64,000 bases of DNA from Mobula hypostoma. Taxonomy: Eukaryota. The notes under the pieces were generated by a model. It was given only the letters and a program-made list of their open reading frames with translations, was not told the DNA's origin and made no database searches. The stretch is from positions 116,252,001-116,316,000 of the forward strand of contig NC_086097.1 in NCBI RefSeq assembly GCF_963921235.1. Reading direction: 5' to 3'. Positions 13,807 through 26,627 of the stretch are shown here, piece after piece (position 1 is the first letter of the stretch; each line of letters opens with the position of its first letter). The position numbers were made by a program, and so were the translations under genes.

Positions 13807-14368
13807 TAAGGTATTGGTCAGATGACATTTGGAGTATTGTGCGTTGTTTTGGGCCCCTTGTGTACTGGCATTGGAAAGGGTCCTGGGGAGGCTCACAAGA
13901 ATGATCCTGTGAATGACAGGGTTTACGTATGAAAAGCGTTTGATGGCTCTGGGTCCATACTCACTGGAGTTCAGAAGAATGGCGGGGGGTGGTGGTCTCA
14001 ATGAAACCTATCAAATATTGAAAGGCCTAGATAGGGTGTTTCCAGAAGTGGGAGAATCAGGACCACGGACATAGCCTCAGATTACAAAGACGTACCTTTA
14101 GAACAGAGATGAAGTAAAACTGATTTAAGCAGAGGATATTGAGTCTGTGATATTTCTTGCCATAAACGTCTGTGGAGGACAAGTTATTGGGTATATTTAA
14201 AGTGGATGTGGATAGGTTCTTCATTAGTAATGGCATCAAAGATTATGGGGAGAGGTCAGGAGTCTGGGATTGAGAGGGATAATAAATCAGCCATGAGTGA
14301 ATGGTGGAATTAACTTGATGGGATGAATGGCCCAAACTGGCTCCTATGTCTTATGGTTTTATGGTTTC
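13807..14368 (+). mobile_element. CR1 3' fragment
   Basis: Decayed LVRPHLEYC region through the (CTTATGGT)-type tail. Confidence 0.8.
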
Positions 14369-14648
14369 ACTACCTAGCATTAGAAATACATGAAGAAGTA
14401 TTAAAAATAATCTACTTGCTTCTGCAGCAGGTGGGGAAAATGCCAGATAGAAATAAAACCGTCAGATTCTGCAAGATGATAACTGTGACTTTCTTTGAAG
14501 CTGTTTTACTTCATTAGAGATAACTTTTATCAGTGATTGCTGAGAAGGTGATGTGTCAGGTCACTCTGCACTGTTATTTAGCTGGATGGCTGGCATATGC
14601 ATGTCAGAGGCAGGCTGCCTCAGCGTTAGATTGTTAACAAGTGGCTAA

Positions 14649-15459
14649 GATGCTAAGAGGATGCAGGGTGACTTGGACTTGGACAGATTATTATCTGAAT
14701 GGTGGCCGATTAGGAAAAGGGGAGGTGCAACGAGACCTGGGTGTCGTTATACACCAGTCATTGAAAGTGGGCATGCAGGTACAGCAGGCAGTGAAAATGG
14801 CGAATGGTATGCTGGCATTTATAGCAAGAGGATTCGAGTACAGGAGCAGGGAGGTACTACTGCAGTTGTACAAGGCCTTGGTGAGACCACACCTGGAGTA
14901 TTGTGTGCAGTTTTGGTCCCCTAATCAGAGGAAAGACATTCTTGCCTTAGAGGGAGTACAAAGAAGGTTCACCAGATTGATTCCTGGAATGGCAGGACTT
15001 TCATATGAAAGTCTGGATTGACTAGGCTTATACTCGTTGTAATTTAGAAGATTGACGGGGGATCTTATTGAAACATATAAAATCCTAAAGGGATTGGACA
15101 GGCTAGATGCAGGAAGATTGTTCACGATGTTGGGGAAGTCCAGAATGAGGGGTCACAGTTTGAGGATAAAGGGGGAGCCTTTTAGGACCGAGATTAGGAA
15201 AAACTTCTTCACACAGGGAGTGGTGAATCTGTGGAATTCTCTGCCACAGGAAACACTTGAGGCCAGTTTATTGGCTATATTTAAGAGGGAGTTAGATATG
15301 GTCCTTGTGGCTAAAGGGATCGGGGGTATGGAGAGAATGCAGGTACAGGGTTCTGAGTTGGATGATCAGCCATGATCATACTGAATGGCGGTGCAGGCTC
15401 GAAGGGCCGAATGGCCTACTCCTGCACCTATTTTCTATGTTTCTATGTTCCTATGTTTC
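14649..15459 (+). mobile_element. Young CR1 3' fragment
   Basis: VQRDLGV..LYKALVRPHLEYCVQFWSP; (TTTCTATG)n tail; near-identical to 23894-24653. Confidence 0.92.
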
Positions 15460-15699
15460 ACCTTCTACATGAAGATCAGATTTCCACCTGGAAGCTCCAA
15501 TATATAAGTCACAAATGCATTTCTTAAAGGTGAAGTTCAGTCATCAACATAAATTTTAACTCTTTTTTCTCTCTCTACATGGGATATTTGACTTGATTAA
15601 TATTTGTGGGATTTTCTGTTTTTATTTCAGCTTTCCAGGATCCCAGTTTTGTGCTTCTATTCTAAAGAGGATGTGGAATTCCCTCTCGTTCAAAGATTG

Positions 15700-16150
15700 G
15701 TGTGACATACCATCTGGTGTGGAGTGGCCAATGTACAGCATCGGAAAAATCTAAAGAAGGCTGTTAACTTAGCCAGCTCCATCATGGGCATTAGCCACCC
15801 CACCATCGAGGACATCTTCAAAAGTCGATATTTCAAAAAGTGGTGTCCATTGCTAGGAACCGCCATCTCCCAGGACACAACTTTTTCTCATTTCTACCAT
15901 TAGGAGGGAGGTACGGGAGTCTGAAGACATCCTCAATGCTTTAGCAACAGCTTCATCCACTCTGCCATCTGATTTCCAAACAGAAAATGAACCCATGAAC
16001 ACTACCTCACTATTGCACAACTTATTTAATTGTTTTATTTATATTTCTTATTTTAACTTAGTGTATTTTATGTACTGCTGCTGCAAACAATAACATCTAA
16101 TAATACACAGTTTCTCAATGATAATAATTCTGATTCTGGTTCTGAGTCTG
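15700..16150 (+). mobile_element. Rex1/Babar-like LINE 3' end
   Basis: Matches 6065-6466; (GATTCT)n tail. Confidence 0.7.
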
Positions 16151-16194
16151 ACTGAAAGTGCAATTCCTTCAGTGATCTCAGTAGTGTTTCAATA

Positions 16195-16660
16195 TTGATC
16201 ACAGGATTGCAGGGGTTAACATGTAGGAGCATTTGATGGTTTTGGACCTGTACTCGCTGGAGTTCAGAAGAATCAGGGGGATCTCATTGAAACCTATCAA
16301 ATATTGAAAGGCCTTGATAGAGTGGACATGGAGGGGATGTTTCCTCTAGTGAGGGAGTTTAGGACTAGGGGTGCAGCCTCAGAGTAGAAGAACGTCCCTT
16401 TAGAACAGGGAAGAGGAGGAACTTCTTTTGCCAGAGAGTGGTGAATGGAATTCTTTGCCATAGGTGGCTGTGCTTCCCAAGCCATTGGAAATATTTAAAA
16501 TGCAGGTTGATAGTTTCATGATTAGTAAGGTCATCAAAGGCTATGGAGAGAAAGCAGGAGGATTGGTTTGAGACAGATAATAAATTAGCAATATAGAAAT
16601 GGCAGAGCAGCCTGAATGGATTGAATAACCTAATTCTGCTCCTGTCTTGAGGTCCTATGT
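16195..16660 (+). mobile_element. CR1 3' fragment
   Basis: GLYSLEFRR.RGDLIETY coding remnant plus CR1 3' UTR. Confidence 0.8.
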
Positions 16661-17210
16661 CTACTTGGTTCCTATTCTAGTGATTGCTTTTAAACATTAG
16701 CTGTGATGCTGTGAAGAGCCTTTTCTATTCCACCATCACATGCCTGCAAAATCCAAGGAATGCTCCATTCAAGAACTCCGTGGCTCAGTCCCATAACTGA
16801 TTGAAGAGCAACACCTTGTGAAAGACCACATGGACTATTGTGGTTAAATGGTTCAACATCACTTTCTCGAGATCATTTAACTTTGGCAACAAATGCAGGC
16901 ATTGCATTTTCTAATTCTATCAATGACTTAACGATGCAGGACTATGCAGGAATTTTATGTGTCCAGGACAAAGAAGCCCGCAGGAAAAATCATTTGCAGA
17001 CACTAGCCACCTTGCACACTGCTTTTTTCAAAAGCACCGTAAGGCTATTAAAGCAAAAAAAAAAAAATGCCATCTCAAAAATATCTTCCCCCAGGCAGTT
17101 AATCTGGTCAACCATTCTGGTTTGCCCACCCCACCCTCTTTATCTATAATCCCCATCACTGCATTGCACTGTAAACACGAGAAAAATACTTTTTATAATG
17201 TTCTTTACAT

Positions 17211-18379
17211 CAGGGGTCCCCAACCTTTCTCGCACTGCGGACCGGTTTCATATTGACAATATTCTGGCGGACCGGCCGACCGAGGGGGCGGGGGTGGTGT
17301 AGGGTTGCCAACGGACGAGAGTAGCTGTCAGATACGCTGGGTTTACCCCGAGAAAGACTACAATGACCATGAAGCCTTGTGCGGGCACCAGCACGCATGC
17401 GTGTACGTTTTTTTTCTACAAATCGTTTTTGGCGAATCTGTTCGGGGGGGGACAAGGGTGTTAATCACGGCCGGAATATCGGTGGTAAGTGGCTGATACA
17501 CTCAATTTCCTTTCTAAAAGGGTTTATCTAACGAATCTAATATTAAACACACAGCGTATATTTTCCTCGCATGAATATAGTGATAAGTTAATTATCAGGG
17601 GAGCTTGAAGTAAGTGTTGAACAAACTTCCAGTAGGTAGAGGCAGGTTCAATATTATCATTTAAAGGAAAATTGGATAGCTATATGGACAGGAAAGAAAT
17701 GGAGGGTTATGGGCTGAGTGCAGATTGGTGGAACTAGGTGAGAGTAGCGTTCGGCACGGACTAGAAGGACTGAGATGGCCTGTTCCCATGCTGTAATTGT
17801 TATATGGTTATATAAGTCAATAGCATCATAACATTTTAAGTAATGTTTGGATATTAAACACACAGCACATATTTTCCCCGTATGAACATATAAAATCATT
17901 GCAACACACCAATATCGCTGAATCAGTGGGAGCCCTGGGCTTGTTTTCCTGCAACAAGATGGTCTGATCGAGGGGTGATGGGAAACAGCGATACTCGAAC
18001 GGGGTTCCTTGTGTCCAGTCTACTCCGCAATTCAGTTTTCGTTGCATTCGTTGCAGAGATATGTTGGAAATGGAAGCAACGTTTTCAGTGCCTTCATGGT
18101 TATCTCAGGATTTTTAGCCTTAACTTTGATCCAGAATGCCGGCAGAGATGTTATGTCAAACATACTTTCTAGCCCGCCGTCATTTGCAAGCTCGAGGAGT
18201 TGATCTCCTTCCCGCGCTGACATGGATGGCGCGTGGGTAATGACCTCGCATGCGTAATGGCTCAACAGTGGACGTGACAGGGAATGAGGAAAGGTGCAGC
18301 TGACTCCTATCACCAAATCATATTGCTTCCTCACGGCCCGGTAGCGCATGCTTTGCGGCCCGGTGGTTGGGGACCGCTG
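17211..18379 (-). mobile_element. hAT (Charlie-like) DNA transposon, internally deleted
   Basis: 15-bp TIRs CAGGGGTCCCCAACC / revcomp CAGCGGTCCCCAACC; 8-bp TSD CTTTACAT (17203-17210) / CTTTGCAT (18380-18387); hATC-like peptide FWIKVKAKNPEITMKALKTLLPFPTYLC. Confidence 0.92.
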
Positions 18380-19214
18380 CTTTGCATTGTAAATACATGC
18401 TGGTATTTAAGCACAATTTTCTATATCCATACTTTAACCTCTAACTTTATTTTTTTATAATTTGTTTTGCTTTATAATTGTTGAATGTTGTAGATTTTGT
18501 TGCATGTTACTCCCCGACCAACACATCACAGCAAATTCCTACTACATATATGGTGAATAAAGTTGATGCTTGATCCTCGATCCTTGAGAAAGTTGGCTTT
18601 TTCTACACCAGCGGGCATTGCAATTAGCTAACTGAAGAATGCCAACAAAAGGAATAAACATGAATTCTTAACATACACAATGAATCAATGTGAATTATTA
18701 CTTCTGTTTCCTTGTGAAACTCAAGCAATAAGACTCATTCATCACACTGCTTATATAAGTGACATAGGCTTTACCCCTGCTGTCTGGTGACCTTTTATTT
18801 ATTTTCAGATTGAAGAGATGGGTTTACAGTACAACTCTGAATGGCACAAAATAAAATTACACTTTGATTTATATACCACATTGCATGGGGAAAATTGATA
18901 TAAATTTTGTGAAAATAGTCTGGAAAATCTAATTTCTCTCAGTTTCCAAAGGAACACCAGCTACCCAACCTATAACATAGAAGTTGAATTTGTGCTCTGT
19001 GCTTTAATGTTTGTGCATTATTTAGGTTTCTATCTCCACTTTGATATTTGATAATCCAGTCTCCTTGGCATTGGTATCGCAGATTTTGGAAAAGGGAGCC
19101 AGCAGACTGGAGTACCGCACTCATCTGCTTTGTGCAATTTGACTAATTGCTACATTCGCCATCCACAGTGCTGATATGTACAGGGAACAATACAGATACT
19201 GGAAGACACAGAAT

Positions 19215-19641
19215 ATTGCGCTTCTGGAGGGAAGTCAAAGCTAATGTAAAGCAAAAGAGAGGGCATACAACGAAGCAAAAATTAGTGGGAAGACAAAGGA
19301 TTAAAAACCTGCAGAAAGCAACTAAAAGAATCATTAGGAGGGAAAAGATGAAATATGAAAGCAAGCTAGCAAACAATATCAAAGTGGATAAGTGGAGAAA
19401 TTTCTTTAGCAGGAGGGTGGTGAATTTGTGGAATTTGTTACCATAGGCAGCTGTGAGGCCAGGTTGTATTTAAGGCAGAGCTTGATAGGCTCTTGATTGG
19501 ACATACCATCAAAATCTAAGGGGAGTAGGCCGGGGAGTGGGGCTGAGGAGGGAAAAAAAGGGATCAGCCATGATTGAATAGCTGAGCAGACTCAATGGGC
19601 CAAATGGCCTAATTCAGCTCCTATGTCTTATGGTCTTATGG
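19215..19641 (+). mobile_element. CR1 fragment with large internal deletion
   Basis: KRIIRREKMKYESKLA joined directly to RNFFSRRVVNLWN and the 3' tail. Confidence 0.8.
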
Positions 19642-20944
19642 ACACAGAATGTGGCACTGCTGGGGGACATAGGAAGCCCAACAGAGATAATTGCCAGGTC
19701 ACATAACCAAATCAGTTTACCCTCCAATAACCTGCAGTGCTGTTCCCCAAATGTCTCATTTTATTCTTGATCAAGGTTCAGTCACTAAGATCAAAGAAAT
19801 TATCAAAAGTAGTTTCAGTATCTTTCAGAGGAGTTATTTTTTGGTTTGATTGCATTGGCTTCACTTTCCACAAAGTGAACACAAAAGAAGAAGGTATCCT
19901 CTTGATAGGGACATCAATCTACCTTTCAAAGACTAGCTTACTTCCCTGTCCAGTCTCTGTAGTGAGGTCTAGCTGCCATACCCACTACCTGAGTGGTGGG
20001 TTCCCCTCCCTACCAAGGAGAAGATACTTCCAGCTAACAAAACAGTTCAAACACATTTATGCTGTATTGCTATTATATCTACGTGTGTTGTTTTCCAGAT
20101 ACCTTTGCTGGGAAAAAAATAATTCACACAGATAGTCTAAAAGCTTCTGGGGCCAGAGATCCCAGACACCAACAATTAATGCTGTGAGGGCTGAATCCCT
20201 GAGTACACAACTATTGGTTGATCAACTATACCTGTGACTATGGCTGATGTGCTAAATGACAAAATCAGTCTAGTCTGCAGGCTTCCTTAAACTCAGTCAT
20301 TTTGGTGCAAATAACTCAGCCAATGTTGTCTGGTCTGATGCAGGCGAATTAACTTAACTTCATTATTTTACATTGATTAAATATGAACCACAAGATCTCA
20401 CTGTTTACTTGTTTACAACAAGAAGCTGAAGAAAGAATGTTGGTTAGATGCTTATCTTGGTCAAAAACATCTCTGATCCTTTGAAAAGGTCATGCTACTG
20501 TGCTAGGAAGCTGACGTTAGCAATAAGCCTCTTGGGCCCTCGAAAGTGAATATGCATCACAGGTATAACAAGAGAGTATGGAGTGATGAACAGAGTCAGT
20601 CAGAAACTGGTTTTGCCTTCTACCCACCTGTAAAATATAGAACTCAATTTCAGTCCTACATGTGCCTTTCAACTCTTCTCTCCATGCACATTCTAGCCAT
20701 CTCATGCAGAGGTTGTGCTCACTGATGCAACCCATTTCTTATAATAACAGCCCACCTCAACTTTTCCTCCACTTGTCTCTGTTGCCATTATGAATTCTTG
20801 TTGTGTCTATTTCAAAGCTTTTCTAGTTCTTCACCTGTGGATCCAATGCTTCAGCTGTCCAACTCTTCCTTCCTGTTGCAACAGGTATAATAAGAGAGTA
20901 TTGAGTTATGGAACGTCAGGGTATAGATTGCAGATGTCACCATC

Positions 20945-21381
20945 GATTAACAGTGCGCTGACAAGTTGCACTTGATTTTTAATCACACTTTATTTAACTG
21001 TGCACAAGGAGAACAGCATGGCTCCTGTCACCAAACTGTTCTGAAGCTTGAACAAGGAATTGACATTTTTATACAGAAATTTACTAATATTGATCCAAAG
21101 AAACTTTATATACTTTTGAATCCCATCATTTGCATATTTAAATGCCAATCATGCTACATATTTCAGATGTTAAAAACAAATTACATTTATGTATTAAAAA
21201 TCAATAATACTTGATAACTGGTAAAATAACACTCCAACATTAAGTGTTGCCCTAGAACCATTTGTTTGCCCCTTTACCTTGTCTTGTGATGCTTTGTGAC
21301 ATTGCTTCTCAGAATTGAGCAGAAATGCTGTACAGAGTTAGGCTCTCTGGAGCCATGTTCCGCCTGGCAGACTATCCAGTG
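20945..21381. repeat. Unclassified ~440-bp interspersed repeat, copy 1
   Basis: Colinear with 30957-31404 (shared CTGTCACCAAACTGTTCTGAAG and TTGAATCCCATCATTT.CATATTTAA). Confidence 0.8.
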
Positions 21382-21409
21382 GTCACCCAGGTGGTGACCA
21401 AAAGTGGCG

Positions 21410-21892
21410 GTCACAGGGCAAGTTCATCACAAGAAAAGCCCTCCCCACCATTGAGCAGATCCACATGCAGTGCTACCAAAAGAAAGCAGCATCCTTCATC
21501 AAGGCCAGGCTTTCTTTTTGCTGGCATCAGGAAGAAGGTAGAAGAGCCTTAGTTCCCATTGCACCAGGTTCAAGAACAGCTATTACCCTTCTACCATCAA
21601 GCTCCTGAACCAGTGTAAACATCTTTACTCACCATAACACTGAATTTATCATTGAACACAACCTATGAGCTCACTTTCAAGGACTCTACAACTCATCTCC
21701 TCAGTGTTCATTTGTCTTTTTGTTTGTTTGTCTATTTAATTGTCTTTTTGTATTTGCATATTTCATCTTTGTTTGCATATTGGTTGTTCGTCAGTCTTTA
21801 TTTTGAGTTTCTCATTGATTCTGTTGTACTTTTTTTGTTCTACTGTGAATGCCTGCATGAAAATAAATCACCGGTTAATATTTGATGGTATA
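21410..21892 (+). mobile_element. Rex1/Babar-like LINE 3' end, interrupted by CR1
   Basis: Matches 7400-7910; tail resumes at ~23102. Confidence 0.65.
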
Positions 21893-21894
21893 TA

Positions 21895-23101
21895 GAGTTC
21901 TTTGAGGAGGTGACCAGGCATATAGGTGAGGGTAGTGCAGTGGATGTGATCTACATGGATTTTAGTAAGGCATTTGACAAGGTTCCACACAGTAGGCTTA
22001 TTCAGAAAGTTAGAAGGCATGGGATCCAGGGAAGTTTGGCCAGGTGGATTCAGAATTGGCTAGCCTGCAGAAGGCAGAGGATTGTGGTGGAGAGAATACA
22101 TTCAGATTGGAGGGTTGTGACTAGTGGTGTCCCACAAGGATTTGTTCTGGGACATCTACTTTTCGTGATTTTTATTACTGACCTGGATGTGGGGGTAGAA
22201 GGGTGGTTTGGCAAGTTTGCAGACGACACAAAGGTTGGTGGTGTTATAGATAGTGTAGAGGATCGTTGAAGATTGCAGAGAGACATTGATAGGATGGAAA
22301 AATGGGCTGAGAAGTGGCAGGTGGAGTTCAACCTAGAGAAGTGTGAGGTGGTACATTTTGGAAGGACAAATTCCAAGGCAAAGTACAATAAGTAAATGGC
22401 AGGATACTTGGTAGTGTGGAGGAGCAGAGGGATCTGGGGGTACATGTCCACAGATCCCTGAAAGTTGCCTCACAGGTAGATAGGGTAGATAAGAAAGCAT
22501 ATGGGGTGTTAGCTTTCATAAGTTGAGGGATAGAGTTTAAGAGTCGCAATGTAATGATGCAGCTCTATAAAACTCTAGTTAGGCCACACTTGGAGTACTG
22601 TGTCCAGTTCTGGTCGCCTCACTATAGGAAGGATGTGGAAGCATTGGAAAGGATATGGAGGAGACTTACCAGGATGCTGCCTGGTTTAGAGAGTATGCAT
22701 TATGATCAGAGATTAAGGGAGCTAGGGTTTTACTCTTTGGCAAGAAGGAGGATGAGAGGAGACATGATAGAGGTGTACAGGATATTAAGAGGAATAGATA
22801 GAGTGGACAGCCAGCGCCTCTTCCCCAGGGCACCACTGCTCACTACAAGAGGACATGGCTTTAAGGTAAGGGGTGGGAAGTTCAAGGGGGATATTAGAGG
22901 AAGGTTTTTCACTCAGAGAGTGGTTTGTGCATGGAATGCACTGCCTGAGTCAATGGTGGAGGCAGATACACTAGTGAAGTTTAAGAGACTACTAGACAGG
23001 TATATGGAGGAATTTAACGTGGGGGGTTATATGGGAGGCAGGGTTTGACGGTCAGCACAACATTGTGGCCCGAAGGGCCTGTAATGTGCTGTACTATTCT
23101 A
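21895..23101 (+). mobile_element. CR1 RT 3' half
   Basis: YMDFSKAFDKVPH, SGVPQG, KFADDTK, LVRPHLEYCVQFWSP; in-frame stops; 3' UTR present. Confidence 0.95.
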
Positions 23102-23639
23102 TATGAACTTTGATTATAGACTTCTTGCTATATCTGCACACTGTTTCTGTCAGTTTATCTTCTGGACTGTTGCCTGAGTGAACTTCCACACATACAAAGG
23201 CTGCACAGAGTGTCTACACTTGGTTCTGTTAGCCCACAATTTTAATTCTTTATTTGCTGCAATTTCCACATTTTGGGAACAAACCAAGAGAGCCAGAGTT
23301 AAATATAAGGTGATGCTCAACCAGTAGAACCAAAAAATACAGAATATTTAAAATTAAATTGGACTTTTCTCTTTCATGTACTGAAGTAAAACAAAAGAAA
23401 CAACTTCACATTTAAAGGAGTAAAATCATCTAGGCAAGATAAAAAATATTATGTTTATATTGTTTATTCAAAATTGCACATTGCTAAATATTTTTATTGT
23501 TTATATGTTCATAGAGTTATACAGTACAAAACGAAGCTCTTTAGTCCAAGTTGTTCATTCTGACCAAGATATTCACCCACTTTTCCTTTGTTTGTCCCAT
23601 ATCCCCCTAAATCTTTCCTCTCCAGAAACGACAGATTTT

Positions 23640-24955
23640 ACAGAATCATAGGAAAGTACAGTACAAGATCTCGTATGTGCCAAACTGCCTACTTGCCTCG
23701 GTTTGCACCGGGACCATAGCCCTCTATCTATGTACCTTTCCAAACATCTCTTAAACATTGAAATCCAGCTTGCATGCACCACTTGTGCTGGCAGCTTGTT
23801 CCACACTTTTCACCTTTCACCTTTAACCCAAGACATCGGGCTGTAGACCCACCAACCTCAATTTGAAAAGTCTGCTTGCATTTACTATAAAACAGATTAT
23901 TATCTGAATGGTGGCCGATTAGGAAAAGGGGAGGTGCAACGAGACCTGGGTGTCATTATACACCAGTCATTGAAAGTGGGCATGCAGGTACAGCAGGCGG
24001 TGAAAAAGGCGAACGGTATGCTGGCATTTATAGCGAGAGGATTCGAGTACAGGAGCAGGGAGGTACTACTGCAGTTGTACAAGGCCTTGGTGAGACCACA
24101 CCTGGAGTATTGTGTGCAGTTTTGGTCCCCTAATCTGAGGAAAGACATCTTTGCCATAGAGGGAGTACAAAAAGGTTCACCAGATTGATTCCTGGGATGG
24201 CAGGTCTTTCATATGAAGAAAGACTGGATGAACTGGGCTTGTACTCGTTGGAATTTAGAAGATTGAGGGGGGATCTGATTGAAACGTATAAGATCCTAAA
24301 GGGATTGGACAGGCTAGATGCGGGAAGATTGTTCCCGATGTTGGGGAGGTCCAGAACGAGGGGTCACAGTTTGAGGATAGAGGGGAAGCCTTTTAGGACC
24401 GAGATTAGGAAAAACTTCTTCACACAGAGAGTGGTGAATCTGTGGAATTCTCTGCCACAGCAAACTGTTGAGGCCAGTTCATTAGCTATGTTTAAAAGGA
24501 AGTTAGATATGGCCCTTGTGGCTACAGGGGTCAGGGGGTATGGAGGGAAGGCTGGGTTCTGAGTTGGATGATCAGCCATGATCATAATAAATGGCGGTGC
24601 AGGCTCGAAGGGCCGAATGGCCTACTCCTGCACCTATTTTCTATGTTTCTATGTAAAACTCCTCTCAGTCTTCTAAACTATAAGGAATAAAGTCCTAACC
24701 TATTCAATCTTTTCTTTTAACTTAGATCCTCCAGACCATGCAACATTCTTGTAATTTTTCACTGTACTCTTTCAACCTTATTCATATCCTTCCTGGAGGT
24801 AGATTACCAAAATTGCACACAATACTCCAAATTAGGCCTCACCAATGCCTTATACAATTTTAACATAACATGCATCTCCTGTACTCAGTACTTTAATTTA
24901 TGAAGGCCAATGTGCCAAAAGCTTTCTCTACAACTCTCTGTACCTGGGATGCCAG
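23640..24955 (-). mobile_element. Older CR1, interrupted by a young CR1
   Basis: Minus-strand CR1 sequence on both sides of 23894-24653. Confidence 0.75.
23894..24653 (+). mobile_element. Young CR1 3' fragment, possible 6-bp TSD
   Basis: TAAAAC at 23888-23893 and 24654-24659; ORF2 C-terminal peptides; (TTTCTATG)n tail. Confidence 0.92.
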
Positions 24956-24959
24956 TGGT

Positions 24960-25545
24960 TTACTTTCTACAAGATTAAAGACTGTTACCAAACACTCTAA
25001 CAGATGTCTACAGATGTACTGTTGAAAGTATCCTGACTGATTGCATCATAGCCTGGTATTGCGATTCCAATGCACAGAATGTAGGAATATTAGGGAGGGT
25101 AGTCCCTAATACATTATGCACATACCCCTCTCACCAATAGTGATATCTAAAGGATATTGCTACAAAAAGGCAATATCTATCATCAAAGATCCCCACCGTT
25201 CACACATGCAATCTTCTCATAACTACAGGTACAGAAACCTGAAGTCCCACACCACCAGCTTCAGTAACAGTTTCAACCACTTGGTTCTTGGACTATCTAG
25301 CACAGATCTAATCACTACAGTTCAGCACCACTATGACCACTTTGATCACTTTACACTAAAGCAGACTTTGTCTCAGATTGTTATAAATGTGTTCTTGTAG
25401 TTGTCTTACAAAAGTTGTGCAGAATAATGTTTAATTTATGATTTTCTGATGAATTTTGCTTATATGGCACTCTGTGCCTGTGAACCCATTGCACCTGTTC
25501 ATTCTGGTACTTGTACATATAATAAACTTGACTTTGACTTTTACT
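24960..25545 (+). mobile_element. Rex1/Babar-like LINE 3' fragment
   Basis: KKAISIIKDPH..YRNLKSHTT; AATAAA plus (ACTTTG)n tail. Confidence 0.7.
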
Positions 25546-25578
25546 TTGCCTGTTCAAATGAATTTCTTTTAAACGTTG

Positions 25579-25860
25579 TGCAGCATCGTGGCACAGTGGT
25601 TAGCACAACGCTTTACAGTACCAGCGACCCAGGTTCAATTCCTGCTGCTGCCTAGAAGTTTGTACTGCACTTTCTCCCCATGACTGCATGGGTTTCCTCT
25701 AGTTTCCTCCCATGGTCCAAAGATGTACCGGTTGGTAGTTTAATTGGTCATTGTAAATTGTTCAATGATCAGGCTAGGGTTAAATCAGGGGTTGCTGGAC
25801 TGCATGGCTTGAGGGGCTGAAGGGACCTATTCTGTGCTGTATCTCAACAAATAAATAAAT
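25579..25860 (+). mobile_element. V-domain tRNA-SINE (HE1-like)
   Basis: A-box TGGCACAGTGG 25589-25599; B-box GGTTCAATTCC 25632-25642; V-domain; (AAAT)n tail. Confidence 0.8.
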
Positions 25861-26118
25861 GTACCTGCCTCTGTCAATTCCTGGCAGTTCATTCCTTAAA
25901 ATCTCTACCCTCTGCCTGCAATTTACTAATTTAATTTCTCAGGGAAAGTATTCTTTCTCATTTCATTGTTGTTTTACTCTTCACATCTATACTTTTCATT
26001 TTATTTATTGAACTTAAACAATCCTGCCCAAACTCGGATAGAAAGTGTAGGGAGAAATTAGCTCAGGCTTGTTACAACCACCCTGTAATGTGGAAGAGAA
26101 CTACAGTACATCTTTCTG

Positions 26119-26205
26119 ACAGCACATATCAAAGTTGTTGGTGAACGCAGCAGGCCAGGCAGCATCTCTAGGAAGAGGTACAGTCGGCGTTTCAGGCTGA
26201 GACCT
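26119..26205 (-). mobile_element. Tail-less PLE terminal fragment (young subfamily)
   Basis: Matches ~38866-38953; ends inside the hammerhead stem II. Confidence 0.8.
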
Positions 26206-26420
26206 TTTTTGAAGTTATTCTTGCTGAATTAATGAATGTAAACTTCTGTTTAGGAAAGCTTGCAACAAAATACCTGAACAGAATGCCGAAAAAGTAACAT
26301 CCACTGAAGTCAAATCTTTAATAATTAATAGGTAAATAACCAGAGTACATGGACAAAAATGCAGGACTCTGCTAAGATATTGTTCACAGGTGATGAACAA
26401 GGCAGTATTTACATCCAGTG

Positions 26421-26518
26421 ATGGTCACAATTTTGAGTCAGCTGTGAGTGTCGAAGACTACGCATAATGAACACAATGGGACGATGCTAGAAAATGCACA
26501 GATTTGACAATGAAAATG
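26421..26518 (+). repeat. 98-bp direct duplication, copy 1
   Basis: Ungapped match to 27606-27703. Confidence 0.9.
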
Positions 26519-26540
26519 TGTCTGGATTTCTGATCCAAAT

Positions 26541-26627
26541 CCATAGAAACATAGAAACATAGAAAATAGGTGCAGGAGTAGGCCATTCGGACCTTCGAGC
26601 CTGCACCGCCATTCAGTACGATCATGG
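26541..26627 (-). mobile_element. Extreme 3' end of the young CR1
   Basis: Reverse complement of ~15370-15455, including (CATAGAAA)n. Confidence 0.85.

Noticed and set aside
25579..25650. tRNA gene
   Set aside because: A/B boxes belong to a SINE head followed by V-domain and tail; no full cloverleaf
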